A stretch of DNA of 59,347 bases, from positions 1-59,347 of the IMG/VR virus record IMGVR_UViG_3300044646_000633. One strand, written 5' to 3'. The notes beneath the pieces are model-generated. The model was given only the letters and a program-made list of their open reading frames with translations. It ran no database searches and was not told where the DNA came from. The position numbers were made by a program, and so were the translations under genes. This DNA comes from a virus (Duplodnaviria > Caudoviricetes). Positions 26,785-36,253 of the stretch are shown one piece after another; the stretch's first letter is position 1; each line of letters starts with the position of its first letter.

Positions 26785-29160
26785 TCAGGCGGTCTTGTCG
26801 GCCCGGCCCTCTGTTGCCGGGGCCTTGCGCAAAGTCTGCTCAATGGCCGCAAGGCGGTCGTCGAGGGCCCTGATCTGGCGATTGCTTGCGTCCTGGATGT
26901 TGGCTACTCGCTCTTTGGCGTCGGCCTCAATCCGAGCCACTTGAACCTTGGTGTCGGCTTCGCGGTTGATCTGCATCGTGCGATTCGCCAGTTCGGCCTG
27001 CGCCTTGCGCAGAGCCTCGCTCAAGCGATCAATCTCTGCGGACGTGTCTGCGCGCACCTTCATCAGCGCTTCTTGTGCATCAGACTGCGCCTGGGCGTCG
27101 CCACCGGCCCCGACGGCGCTGGCCTCGGACTCCATCTTGGCGGCCTTGGCGTTGAGCTCACGCACCTTGGCGCGCTGCTCGTTGAGCGCCTCCATGGCCA
27201 TTTCTCGCTGAACCTGCATTGCCTCGGCTTGGGCCATGGCCTGCTCTTCGGCCTGCTGCTGCTCTTCGGGGGTAAGCTCCTTGTCCGGGTCGCGCTCTCC
27301 GGTCAGCTTGCGGATCTGCTCGGCGATCTCCGACTTGTTGGGCAGGTCGGAGAACTCCATGGCAATCGTCAGCACGCGCAGGCTCACCTCGGGAGGGAGT
27401 CGGGCTGCCAGATTGTTCAGGCTCTCGAACATGACCTGGCGCAGCGTGCCGGCATAGTCTTGCTCCGCCACGACGAAGTCGGCCATTGAGGCGGTGATGT
27501 CGTTCAAGTGACGCACGGACCCGTCGGGCTGGACCTCGGGCACGTTGACCTTGACCCACTCAATCGCGCCCTTCGCGCCCGTCAAGCGGATGACCTTCTC
27601 CTCGGTGTACCACTGTTCCACGAGGGAAAGCTGCTTCTCGCCCTGCACTTGGACGCCGAAGCGCAGGTTGTCAAACGGCTCGGTGGTGACGACGCTGCCC
27701 TGCAGTTGACGGGCCTTGATCGCCTCGCCGGACACGGCGTTGGTCTGCCGACCCATGTTCTCGTCCGCGACGCCGGCCGACCGTTGGATGGTCGATTGGG
27801 CAAGCTGCATCATCGTTATCTGCCCGGTGGCCGCGTCGGTGTCGCGCTTGATCTCGACCTTGCGTCCGGGCTTGGTGACGATCAGGCCGTCCGGCCGGTC
27901 GGCCTCGTCGCGCAGCAGCTCCCAGTCTTCTGTCGCGCCCTCTTCGGCGATGACCTGATTGGTGTTGAGCATGAACAGGGCCTTTGACGCCCGCTTGTTC
28001 AAGTCTTGCTGGATGTCGCGCACGCGACGCACCGCGCCGTAGGGCAGCCGGTCCCTGGATCGGCGGTAGCACCAGATGGGTGTGAGCGTGTAGCGGTTGT
28101 GGCGGTATGGGCTGGGCCCGTAGCCCAGCATGTACTGCTCCGTGAAGACCGCGATGTGGACGCGCATCATCATGCGGTCCACCAGCATGCTTGCGGACTT
28201 GCCAACGGCTTCACGCAACACGGCGTCGCGCGCCGTCAGGATGGCGCCTTTCATCGGGCCATCGGCAACTATGGTGACGCGCGCAGGGGTGCGGTATTGG
28301 CCCTCGATGAGTTTGACGCGGCGCCGTTTGGCATCAGCCAGCGACCCGGAACCCGATGCCCGAAGGGTGCCGGTCTTGAGTTGAGTCAGGTCGTGGGCGG
28401 TGTACCACGTATCTTCTTCCCAGCCATCGGTCGAGTAGTTGGTTGCCTCTTCGGTGGCAGACCGGATCTGCACGGCCCGGTTGGGGAACATCATCACGGC
28501 GATGTCTTCGTCCACCCAGCGCCAGCGGAACATGTAGCGTGCATCGCTCAGGTCGGGCTCGTAGGCCGCGGAGTCCCAAAGCACATTGCGCCAGTCTTCG
28601 TACTTGGAGTAGAGGATGTCCTGCGTCGGGTCGTCGCGGGTGCCGTCGTCCATCCAGCCTACGCCGGCCTTCAGCGCATCCGCAAAGGCCCTGGAGCGGG
28701 TGAATGGCACACGGTTGATGTCGCTGACGTACTTCAACACCTTGGTCTTCACGTCGGCCGACTGCACGTCGTCCTCAGTGCGGGGCAGTACCTTCCAGTC
28801 CACGCGCGAGCGGCGCTCGGTGCCGATCAGCCAATCGACCATCGGCGCAACCTCGTTGTACACCAGGGGCACTTGCCCGCGATTCTTCAGGGTCGTGGCG
28901 TCCTCCGGGTCCCACTGCAAGTTGTCGTAGAAGTCGCAGTCCATCGCCATGTCCAGGCGGTTGAGTGACTGCTTCTCCTTCTCGTAGTAGTACCACTCCA
29001 GCAGCTTGCGAAGCTCGCTGCGGGCTTCTTCTCCGTCCAGCGCGCCACCTCGGACCTCGGGCACCCGCCCGGCGCTGTCCATCGTTTGCGCCTGCCTGCG
29101 AAAGTAGTCGTCTCCTGGCGCCTGTTTGCGGCTGACTCGGTAGTCGAATGGTTCAGCCAT
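26785..29160 (-). CDS. Portal protein (P22-like)
   Basis: FYDNLQW...LVYNEVAPMVDWLIGTE, SGEAIKARQLQG motifs; C-terminal coiled coil. Confidence 0.9.
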   Translation of the reverse strand: MAEPFDYRVSRKQAPGDDYFRRQAQTMDSAGRVPEVRGGALDGEEARSELRKLLEWYYYEKEKQSLNRLDMAMDCDFYDNLQWDPEDATTLKNRGQVPLVYNEVAPMVDWLIGTERRSRVDWKVLPRTEDDVQSADVKTKVLKYVSDINRVPFTRSRAFADALKAGVGWMDDGTRDDPTQDILYSKYEDWRNVLWDSAAYEPDLSDARYMFRWRWVDEDIAVMMFPNRAVQIRSATEEATNYSTDGWEEDTWYTAHDLTQLKTGTLRASGSGSLADAKRRRVKLIEGQYRTPARVTIVADGPMKGAILTARDAVLREAVGKSASMLVDRMMMRVHIAVFTEQYMLGYGPSPYRHNRYTLTPIWCYRRSRDRLPYGAVRRVRDIQQDLNKRASKALFMLNTNQVIAEEGATEDWELLRDEADRPDGLIVTKPGRKVEIKRDTDAATGQITMMQLAQSTIQRSAGVADENMGRQTNAVSGEAIKARQLQGSVVTTEPFDNLRFGVQVQGEKQLSLVEQWYTEEKVIRLTGAKGAIEWVKVNVPEVQPDGSVRHLNDITASMADFVVAEQDYAGTLRQVMFESLNNLAARLPPEVSLRVLTIAMEFSDLPNKSEIAEQIRKLTGERDPDKELTPEEQQQAEEQAMAQAEAMQVQREMAMEALNEQRAKVRELNAKAAKMESEASAVGAGGDAQAQSDAQEALMKVRADTSAEIDRLSEALRKAQAELANRTMQINREADTKVQVARIEADAKERVANIQDASNRQIRALDDRLAAIEQTLRKAPATEGRADKTA

Positions 29161-29569
29161 ACGACACCCCTTCCGTTTCCAGTCGAATGTCCTCGCCCGC
29201 GATGGGCTGGCCGTCCGCGCGTAGTTCCATGCGCCCGACCGAGGCGCGCATTAGCTCGGGCGGCGGCGCCGATGGCATGCGCACAAGGTCAGGCAGGCCC
29301 TCGTTGATGATGGTCGCCAGCCTTACCCAGTTGACTTTGCTGGGCTCCAGCCCCAGGACGTCGCAGGCCGTGGCGCACTGACGGGCCAGGTAGGCCGGGG
29401 CGTCGTATTTGAAGGCGGCAGACTCCATGACGATGTACCAGGGCGCCCCCTTGCGGAAGGTCGGGATAAGCACCAGGGCTCGCTCGTCGTTGACCCAGGT
29501 GTATACGGCTGTAATGTCGCCGTGTTGACGCGACATGAAGGATTTGCGCAGGTCAAGAGAAACGCCCAT
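29153..29569 (-). CDS. Hypothetical protein between TerL and portal
   Basis: Start MGVSLDLRK; overlaps portal start. Confidence 0.7.
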   Translation of the reverse strand: MGVSLDLRKSFMSRQHGDITAVYTWVNDERALVLIPTFRKGAPWYIVMESAAFKYDAPAYLARQCATACDVLGLEPSKVNWVRLATIINEGLPDLVRMPSAPPPELMRASVGRMELRADGQPIAGEDIRLETEGVSYG

Positions 29570-29637
29570 GGGTATGCCCAGCACCGTGAAAACGGCGCAA
29601 GGTTGCCACGCTTGCCACGGACTGACGCGCCCGCAGG

Positions 29638-32031
29638 CTAAGAGGCCATGCCGGTCCTTCTGCGGCGCACAAGAGCGCCCTGCGGTGACGTTCCTCGCAT
29701 GGTGTCCTCGGCAACGATGCAAAGCATGCCGAAGGCGTCGGCCGAGTGGCTCGACCAGTCGTGCTCCGGGCCCAGGCCCACGTCCCGAGCCTCGTCGCGC
29801 TTCTCGTGGTACATGCCCAGGGCGTCGCGGCCCGCCTCGGTGGTGTCCGCGTTGAACCACACGGAGGGGAACACGCGGCGCGCGGCCTCGATGCGGGCGA
29901 TTGCTGCCCCCGGCCCCTGGTTGGGCACCACTTCCACGGTGTAGCCGGCCCGGTTCAGGGCGGACTCGTAGCTGACGTCAAACACCTTGTCGTGCGTCAC
30001 CCCGTCGTGCGGCAGCCATATGTCCATGCGGTCGGGGCCGTATCCCTTCTTCTGGGCCCAGAGTAGGTGCGCCTCCAGCGGCTGGCCCTGTGCCTCGTAG
30101 TGGTCGAGCACGCGGACCTCGCGGCCGATGAACTGCGCCACCCACCAGACGTAGGAGTCGGCTTTCTTGCCGGTGCCGCCGATGTCGGTGAAGGCCCGCA
30201 GGCGCATCAGCGGGTCCGGGGCGACGCGGCTGATTCGTCCCGCGGCCTTGGCTGCGGTCAGGCTCTTGGCGTAGTAGGCCCCGGCGACGACGGTGGCGTA
30301 GGCGCCCTCCCATATCCAATCGTAGGTGTCCGGGCGCTTGGCAAGGTCGCGTTGGCGCTGGCGCTCCAGGACGGCGGGGAACTTGGGGTTGTCGCGCCAG
30401 TTGAGTTCCGCGACCTTGATGCGCGGGTCCTTGGTCTGGCGGAATCGCTTGTCGGTCGCGGAGCCCTTGCGCTTGGGGTTCCATGTCACCCAAAGCTCGG
30501 CGTGCCAGCCGTCGCCTTCCTCGCGCAGCGTCGGGATCAGAACCGACCAAGCGTTGTCGGACACGCCCTCGGCCTCGTCCACCCAGCACAGCAGGATGCG
30601 GCCCTTGGACTTGATCGAGTCGATGTTTCGCTCAAGGCCGGCGAAGGTGTATTCGATGCGGCCATCGCGGGATCGGACGTAGGTTTCGCCGATCTCGTAG
30701 TAGTCCATCAGCCAGGGCTCATCCTGGATGGCCCGCTTGATCTCCTCCAGGCTGGAGTCGGACAAGCTGTTTTGGAACTGTCGGCCGCACAGAATCTGCC
30801 CGCTGATGCCTGCCTTGCCGAAGATCATGCCGCGCACGGCTGTCAGCTTGGCGAACGTGCGGGTGTTGTGTGTGACGGTGCCATCAGCGAGCATGAACAG
30901 GTGATCCCCGTCAAGCTCAAAGCCGAAGTATTCGCCGTCTCCAATGGGCTTTACGTCGATGCGAGTCCGGCGCCAATCCTTGTTCTTTCTCGCGTTCTCA
31001 AGGCCCCTGCGCTTTCTCTCAATCTGCACAGGAACGCGGTCCACGTCACCGCCGATGAAAACTCGGATAGATGGGCACGCACGACCGTTGCACATGATGG
31101 TTTGGCGATTGCGCGACGCCTTGAACCCCAGCCCGTGCGCGAGGCGGGCAATGTCGTTAGCCATGCGCTCGCTGGCTTGCGTGATTTCAATGCACCCATT
31201 GGCGACATGACCGTCCGTGTCAGCCAGCCCAGCAAGCAGGGCAAGCCGTTGTTCCGTCGAGGACCCAAAGTAGACCTCTGGGATGTGCTTGTTGCGAAAC
31301 ACGCCAGCGACGCGAAGTTGCTGGACAAAGCTACCGGAGCGAGCGAAGTTGGAGCCGATGTAGTACCTGGGTGCCCTGTTCGGTGTTTCGATTTTGCTTA
31401 GCGACCATCCGTTTTCGGACGAAACTCTAGTCAGGTGCGCAACCACTTCAGGGTCTATGTTGGTGATTTCCGGGGCTTTTGAAGACCCGTCTCCCAGCCA
31501 CAGTCCAAGCAAGTAAGGGTCAACCGGAACCGTCTTGTGCGCTCCGATGACAGGCCTGCGGAAGCCGAAATGCTGCGTCTTGAAACGCTCCGGCTTCTTG
31601 GCGTACTCCTCGGCAGTTATCAGGGAGTAGCCGCGGCCCGTGTCATATCCGGCATATCGACCATTGGGACGTTGAGGGTTTCCCGCGGGGCTGATGTCCC
31701 CATAGTCTTTTCGGGAAGACTCAGATCGCTCCAAGACAAGGATGTGCGCGTCGTTGCAGACGTAAGACATTCCTGTCTTTTGCGTCACGCGATACAAGGG
31801 GCCAATCCCTTGCGTGGTGCTTAGAACCGTTCGTGATGATCCGTCGGGGCCAAGAAGTTGGTCTCCTATCAGCACGTCCTCGACCGCAACGAGAGAGGCG
31901 TCTGCGCGGAGAAGCATTGTCCCTCGACCGAGGCACTTGCCCGATCCGCGGCCCCCGAAGGCGCCACGGACGTCAGCGTCCCCCTCCCAGACGGGGATCA
32001 GTTTTGGCGGGAGAGGGACTTGGACTTCCAC
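29638..32031 (-). CDS. terL: Terminase large subunit containing an intein
   Basis: GGRGSGK[intein]T Walker A, CWVDEAE Walker B, TWNP, nuclease FTDIGG and SHSADAFG. Confidence 0.93.
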   Translation of the reverse strand: MEVQVPLPPKLIPVWEGDADVRGAFGGRGSGKCLGRGTMLLRADASLVAVEDVLIGDQLLGPDGSSRTVLSTTQGIGPLYRVTQKTGMSYVCNDAHILVLERSESSRKDYGDISPAGNPQRPNGRYAGYDTGRGYSLITAEEYAKKPERFKTQHFGFRRPVIGAHKTVPVDPYLLGLWLGDGSSKAPEITNIDPEVVAHLTRVSSENGWSLSKIETPNRAPRYYIGSNFARSGSFVQQLRVAGVFRNKHIPEVYFGSSTEQRLALLAGLADTDGHVANGCIEITQASERMANDIARLAHGLGFKASRNRQTIMCNGRACPSIRVFIGGDVDRVPVQIERKRRGLENARKNKDWRRTRIDVKPIGDGEYFGFELDGDHLFMLADGTVTHNTRTFAKLTAVRGMIFGKAGISGQILCGRQFQNSLSDSSLEEIKRAIQDEPWLMDYYEIGETYVRSRDGRIEYTFAGLERNIDSIKSKGRILLCWVDEAEGVSDNAWSVLIPTLREEGDGWHAELWVTWNPKRKGSATDKRFRQTKDPRIKVAELNWRDNPKFPAVLERQRQRDLAKRPDTYDWIWEGAYATVVAGAYYAKSLTAAKAAGRISRVAPDPLMRLRAFTDIGGTGKKADSYVWWVAQFIGREVRVLDHYEAQGQPLEAHLLWAQKKGYGPDRMDIWLPHDGVTHDKVFDVSYESALNRAGYTVEVVPNQGPGAAIARIEAARRVFPSVWFNADTTEAGRDALGMYHEKRDEARDVGLGPEHDWSSHSADAFGMLCIVAEDTMRGTSPQGALVRRRRTGMAS
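30865..31935 (-). mobile_element. Intein with LAGLIDADG homing endonuclease (357 aa)
   Basis: Starts CLGRGT, ends VTHN followed by T; PYLLGLWLGDGS and LLAGLADTDG blocks; visibly lower GC. Confidence 0.93.
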
Positions 32032-32246
32032 GGGGTCGGATTGTTAAGCACGCGGGGGCGCCACTGCGGTGCGCTGGCCTGGGCGGCTTGTGTGGCGCCG
32101 GTCAGCGCAGCCCGCACGACGACGGGCCGGCCGACGGCGCTCACGTAGAAGGGGATGCCCTGCTGGCGCAGGGCCTCGATCTGGTGGGCCTTGCGCTTGC
32201 GGCCCGTCAGGGCCACCAGTTCGTCGGCCGTCAGGAAAGTCTGCAC
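31998..32246 (-). CDS. DUF4224-like excisionase/HTH protein
   Basis: FLTADELVALTGRKRKAHQIEALRQQGIPF...GRPVV. Confidence 0.75.
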   Translation of the reverse strand: MQTFLTADELVALTGRKRKAHQIEALRQQGIPFYVSAVGRPVVVRAALTGATQAAQASAPQWRPRVLNNPTPWKSKSLSRQN

Positions 32247-32611
32247 GTCGCGTCGGCCCGTTGCGGTTGGTCTGCGGCGGTCTGCGGCGGGCCGGCGACG
32301 ATCTCGATGCGACCGACCCGGCCGGCCAGCTTGTAGCCCGCCACCCCTGCAGCAGTGAAGTACGTCTCGATGTGGACGTCCTCGATCACGGCGAACACCA
32401 TGCAGCGGTCCAGCAGCTTCGGCGCCAGCTTGGTCGCCCTGGTGCCCCACAGTCCACCCTCGACCATCTGGAAGGGCCTGCCTCCCGAGGTTGGCCGAGT
32501 GCCGTAGTGGTACGCCAGGGCCAGCGTCACGACGGGATCGCCGTTTGGCAGCGAGCGGACCTCGGCGTCTCCGTGGATGCGGAAGACGCCGGACAGGCAT
32601 GCGGCGGTCAT
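32231..32611 (-). CDS. Single-stranded DNA-binding protein (no acidic tail)
   Basis: DAEVRSLPNG.PV..LALAY...LWG.RA.KLAP.L OB-fold pattern. Confidence 0.7.
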   Translation of the reverse strand: MTAACLSGVFRIHGDAEVRSLPNGDPVVTLALAYHYGTRPTSGGRPFQMVEGGLWGTRATKLAPKLLDRCMVFAVIEDVHIETYFTAAGVAGYKLAGRVGRIEIVAGPPQTAADQPQRADATCRLS

Positions 32612-32988
32612 CCTGTTGGCCCTTCGCTCGCGCCCGGGGCCCCCTGGCCCTTGATGCTCGTCATCACTTCTTCCAGGTCGTGCCGCAGCAGCGGCATCAG
32701 CATGGTCACGTCGTTGCGGTCGATCTTCGCGGCCGACATCAAGCCGACGAAGTTCTCCTGCAGCGCCGTGAATCCGGCGCAGAGCACGCCTGCGACATCG
32801 GTGCCGATTTGCAGGCCCTGACTATGGATCAGGTTGTGCATTTCTTCGACCTGGAACAGTACCGCTGCGGCGCGGGCGGTCACGATGGCGTGATCGTCAC
32901 CGCGCCGGGCCTGTAGGCTTTCGATGGCCTCTGACGCACGGTCTGCGGCGGCGACGCCGACCATGATGATGGGCGGGCGCTCGGTCAT
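32608..32988 (-). CDS. Hypothetical protein
   Basis: ATGA-coupled in the leftward operon. Confidence 0.65.
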   Translation of the reverse strand: MTERPPIIMVGVAAADRASEAIESLQARRGDDHAIVTARAAAVLFQVEEMHNLIHSQGLQIGTDVAGVLCAGFTALQENFVGLMSAAKIDRNDVTMLMPLLRHDLEEVMTSIKGQGAPGASEGPTG

Positions 32989-33245
32989 GCAGCCTCCGCG
33001 CCCCGGAACAGGGGCGGCGCCTCGGGCTCGTCGTCGCGCTGCGAGGCGTCCTCGATGCGCGCCGGCTCGGCTGCGGTCAGCAAGGCCACCAGTTGGTCCT
33101 GGCTGGCCACGTCAACCGCGATGGTGTCGCGGGCTGCGTGGTTGCGCGCCTGGGCGGCATTCGAGGCGCGGATCAGGCGCTCGGCGCCGGTGTCGGTGTG
33201 CCGCACGAGGTAGATGCGGCGGGGGGTTTTGGGGGTGGTGGTCAT
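32985..33245 (-). CDS. Hypothetical protein
   Basis: RLIRASNAAQARNHAAR; coupled to the next gene. Confidence 0.7.
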   Translation of the reverse strand: MTTTPKTPRRIYLVRHTDTGAERLIRASNAAQARNHAARDTIAVDVASQDQLVALLTAAEPARIEDASQRDDEPEAPPLFRGAEAA

Positions 33246-33276
33246 GATGGGTTGATGCTTGTATGAGTGAATGGGT

Positions 33277-33421
33277 GGTGACGACGCTGTGCAGGGAGTG
33301 CGCCTACCGGCTCAACTCAGGCCGCACCCGTTGTGAAGGGATGCAGCGGCCTCGCCGACTTGGGGTCGTACCCGCATGGGCCCTTGTGCCTTCGATGCAC
33401 TGTGCAGGGAGCGTCGCCACC
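33277..33421 (-). ncRNA. Candidate structured RNA in an intergenic gap
   Basis: 12-bp closing stem (33277-33288 with 33410-33421), internal stems and a 12-nt direct repeat. Confidence 0.35.
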
Positions 33422-33429
33422 GAAACTGC

Positions 33430-33900
33430 TCAGAACGTGCCGGGCGCGACCTGAAAGCAGGCGACTCCCTTGGAGCGCCACATATCGACTACCTTCTGTC
33501 GGTCGTCGAAGATGGCCACAAGGCGGCGCCTGTCGAATTCGTTGAGCGATTCCAACCAGCCGGCTTTCAGTTGCTCGTCTGGAGTGAAGTCACCTTCCGG
33601 TCGCATGCAAAGCTGGATGTCTTCGGCGTCCTCGCCGAAGCCCTGGGAGACGAAACGGTGCAGCCAGGACAGCGTTTCGTTCATCACTTCGGCGCTGCGC
33701 CCCGACCAAACCCAGACATCGGCCCCCGACTTCATCAGTGCCGTGAGCGTGTAGATGACAGGCCAATTCGGCTCGTCCTGCACGCAGGCCTCGAAAAACT
33801 TGCGCCAGCGGTCCTGGTCTTCCTTGTTGTTCAGCAGGTGCTGGCGGTGCTCTGTAAGCGCCAGCGTGCCGTCCAGGTCGAAGATGTAGAGAGGAGTCAT
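33430..33900 (-). CDS. HAD-family phosphatase (PNKP phosphatase-domain-like)
   Basis: IFDLDGTLA, WSGR, IFDDR...VVDMWR. Confidence 0.88.
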   Translation of the reverse strand: MTPLYIFDLDGTLALTEHRQHLLNNKEDQDRWRKFFEACVQDEPNWPVIYTLTALMKSGADVWVWSGRSAEVMNETLSWLHRFVSQGFGEDAEDIQLCMRPEGDFTPDEQLKAGWLESLNEFDRRRLVAIFDDRQKVVDMWRSKGVACFQVAPGTF

Positions 33901-34325
33901 CAGAACGACTTTCCGCCCTCGGCCTTGCGGCTCTCCGGCTTGTGGTCTGCCCTGGATTGGTTGAACAGCAGCTTCTCGGCAATGGCCCCAGGCAGGTCCA
34001 GGCCCATGCCACCGGCCATGTCGAAGATTCGGATCACGGCGTCGGCAAGCTCGACCTCCAGCATCGGCCGGTGGGGCAGCTTGTTGTCCATCAGACCCTT
34101 GCGGGCTCCCTCCATGGCCTCCGAGACTTCGGAGTGAACGAGGCACAGAAGCTCGCCGATGTTGCGCGGTGGCGGCGTGAGCATTGGCAGGCTGTAGTTG
34201 CGAGTCAGGTCGTTGCCTGTCGCAAGGTCAGTCCACCAGCCGCTGCTTTTGGCGAGGCCGTGACACTGCTCCTGGATGATCTCCGCGGACCGCTCAATGG
34301 CGAAGGTGTCGAGGCGGAATGTCAT
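33900..34325 (-). CDS. MazG-like nucleotide pyrophosphohydrolase
   Basis: LVHSEVSEAMEG...EVELADAVIRIFD...EKLLFNQSR. Confidence 0.8.
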   Translation of the reverse strand: MTFRLDTFAIERSAEIIQEQCHGLAKSSGWWTDLATGNDLTRNYSLPMLTPPPRNIGELLCLVHSEVSEAMEGARKGLMDNKLPHRPMLEVELADAVIRIFDMAGGMGLDLPGAIAEKLLFNQSRADHKPESRKAEGGKSF

Positions 34326-34990
34326 GCGGCCTCCGACAGCTTGGAGCGCAGGGCGTAGCCCATGAGGGGCTTGCCGGAAATGGTCACGCCGGCAGCGTGA
34401 TATGCAGCATGCCGCGCTTTCAGTGCTGCTGAAATTTTGGCTCTCGCCTCAAGCGATGCTCTCTTCCCTTTGCGTGATTCGCTCATCTTCATCCTTGCCT
34501 GTTCAGAATGTTTAGACCCCTTGCGCGCGGCAGACAGCAGTTGCTTGCACTGTTCGCTGAGCTTCCGTCCGGCCAGGGACTTGTTGATCCGAGCTTGGTG
34601 TTCTGGCGATTTCTTCTTGCCTCGCCGGGTTGCGGACATCTTTGCGCGCGCTTGGTCGCTATGCTTCATGCCAAGTTGGCTTCCAGCAACGGGACAGCAG
34701 TTGAAGCCGCACCGCCTGTCGGCGGACTTCATAGACGCAATCCAGAAGTTTTCGCGCTCCAACAACTTGCAGGCGTTATCGACCGTCTCCAGCACGAAAA
34801 ACTCGAAGGCGCGCTCACCGTGCTTATTCCAAGCCGCCTGTAGATAGGTGCTGTGGTGGGTGCCTCTCTGCAGTTGGCTGCGATGCTGTCGCCAGCGCGC
34901 ATTTGTTTTCACTGCGCTGCCCACATAGACCCGCCCGCTTTCCGTATGCCGGATGCCGTAGATCGACGAATGGTCAGACGCTCTCGGCAT
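34322..34990 (-). CDS. GIY-YIG homing endonuclease with NUMOD3 repeats
   Basis: SIY...YVGS...RWRQH; KHS.QAR.KMS repeats; lower GC. Confidence 0.88.
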   Translation of the reverse strand: MPRASDHSSIYGIRHTESGRVYVGSAVKTNARWRQHRSQLQRGTHHSTYLQAAWNKHGERAFEFFVLETVDNACKLLERENFWIASMKSADRRCGFNCCPVAGSQLGMKHSDQARAKMSATRRGKKKSPEHQARINKSLAGRKLSEQCKQLLSAARKGSKHSEQARMKMSESRKGKRASLEARAKISAALKARHAAYHAAGVTISGKPLMGYALRSKLSEAA

Positions 34991-35426
34991 ATAGCTTTTC
35001 TTTCAGAGCGAAACCCAGCAGGGGCCAGACCTTGGCGACGGCGTTCTGCCGCGCGATCTTGCGGCCGACCTCGGCATCGAAGTTCTCGGGGCTGGCGCAG
35101 GCGCTCTCGCCCGTGACGGTGAAGCCGTTGCGCAGTACCAGGACGCAGAAGGTCAGCAAGCCCAGTGCAGCGGGCGTGCCGGCGTGCGCGTCGATGTTGG
35201 CGCACGTGCTGCTGTGGCTGCGCACGTTCACGTCGGAGGCAATCGAGTAGACCGCCTTACGGGTTTCCAGCCTCGCGTGGTCATCGGTCAGCCAGTGCAG
35301 GCGGAAGCCATCGGCCGCGGTGAAGTAGTGCTCCGAGGCAATGTTCGCCTCAATGTCAGCCGGCGTGATGCGCGGTGCGGTCAGGCCCTTGGCCTGGATT
35401 TCTTGCTCAATGGATTGGTCGGTCAT
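34974..35426 (-). CDS. Phage Gp49-family protein
   Basis: LTFCVLVLRNGFTVTGESACASPENFDAEVGRKIAR.NA..KVWPL. Confidence 0.85.
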   Translation of the reverse strand: MTDQSIEQEIQAKGLTAPRITPADIEANIASEHYFTAADGFRLHWLTDDHARLETRKAVYSIASDVNVRSHSSTCANIDAHAGTPAALGLLTFCVLVLRNGFTVTGESACASPENFDAEVGRKIARQNAVAKVWPLLGFALKEKLYAESV

Positions 35427-36250
35427 GACACGATCCCCCCGTTCAGGATTTCGCAGCCCAGGTCTGACTCGATGGACCTCCAGACGTGCTGCAGCGCGTC
35501 CTCCAGCACCGTGTGAGGGCGCAGCAGGTCGTACCACATAGTCATCTTCCCGCCGTCGGCAATGCGGTAGCGCAGGCGGGCCTCGACCCGGTAGCGGAAT
35601 CCGCCCTCGAACACCGCGATGCCCAGCGCGAAAGTCTCAGGCACCATCAGCCGGCCCTTGGCCGCGGTGCCCTCGACGGTTTCCTCATAGGTGATCTGGT
35701 GCTGTCCGTTGGACAGGCGCAGGCCCGACGCGAAGTTGACCTTCTTCTTGGCCTCCAGCGACCGGGAGATTTCCAGCATGTCGGCCGCGGGCGGGTCGGC
35801 CACGTCGGGGAGGTTGTCCTCCACGAAGCGGGCGAAGTCCTCCTGCGTCATCTGCTTGCCGCTGGCGGCCGTCCAGGTTTGCCACTCGGGGCTGAGGGGA
35901 CATTCGAACGTGGCGCGGTCGTCGCGCCAGCCGGGGGCGCCCAGGTCGTGGTCGTTGAACACGGCCGTGAACCCAGGTTTCGGACTCTGTACGCCATAGA
36001 TGCGCGCCGATTGAGGATCGGATCGCCTTTGGCGGACGTACGACACAAAGGACCGCTGATCGCGCAGCGCCACGGTGCCCCGAGGTCTGGATGGGCTGAC
36101 CAGCATGTGCTCCAGGCTGTGCACCTGGGCGCCTGCGGGGAGGGTCACGAACACGGCTTCGTCGAACTCACGGACTTGGCCGAGAGCCATGCCGGCGTCG
36201 ATGGCTGCCTGCACGTCGGTCTGCGCGTCGGTCTTGATGGATGCGTTCAT
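35423..36250 (-). CDS. DUF2303/YfdQ-like protein
   Basis: SPEWQTW...MTQEDFARFVEDN...LEISRSLEAKK.V.F.SG.RL.NG. Confidence 0.8.
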   Translation of the reverse strand: MNASIKTDAQTDVQAAIDAGMALGQVREFDEAVFVTLPAGAQVHSLEHMLVSPSRPRGTVALRDQRSFVSYVRQRRSDPQSARIYGVQSPKPGFTAVFNDHDLGAPGWRDDRATFECPLSPEWQTWTAASGKQMTQEDFARFVEDNLPDVADPPAADMLEISRSLEAKKKVNFASGLRLSNGQHQITYEETVEGTAAKGRLMVPETFALGIAVFEGGFRYRVEARLRYRIADGGKMTMWYDLLRPHTVLEDALQHVWRSIESDLGCEILNGGIVS

Positions 36251-36253
36251 GGC

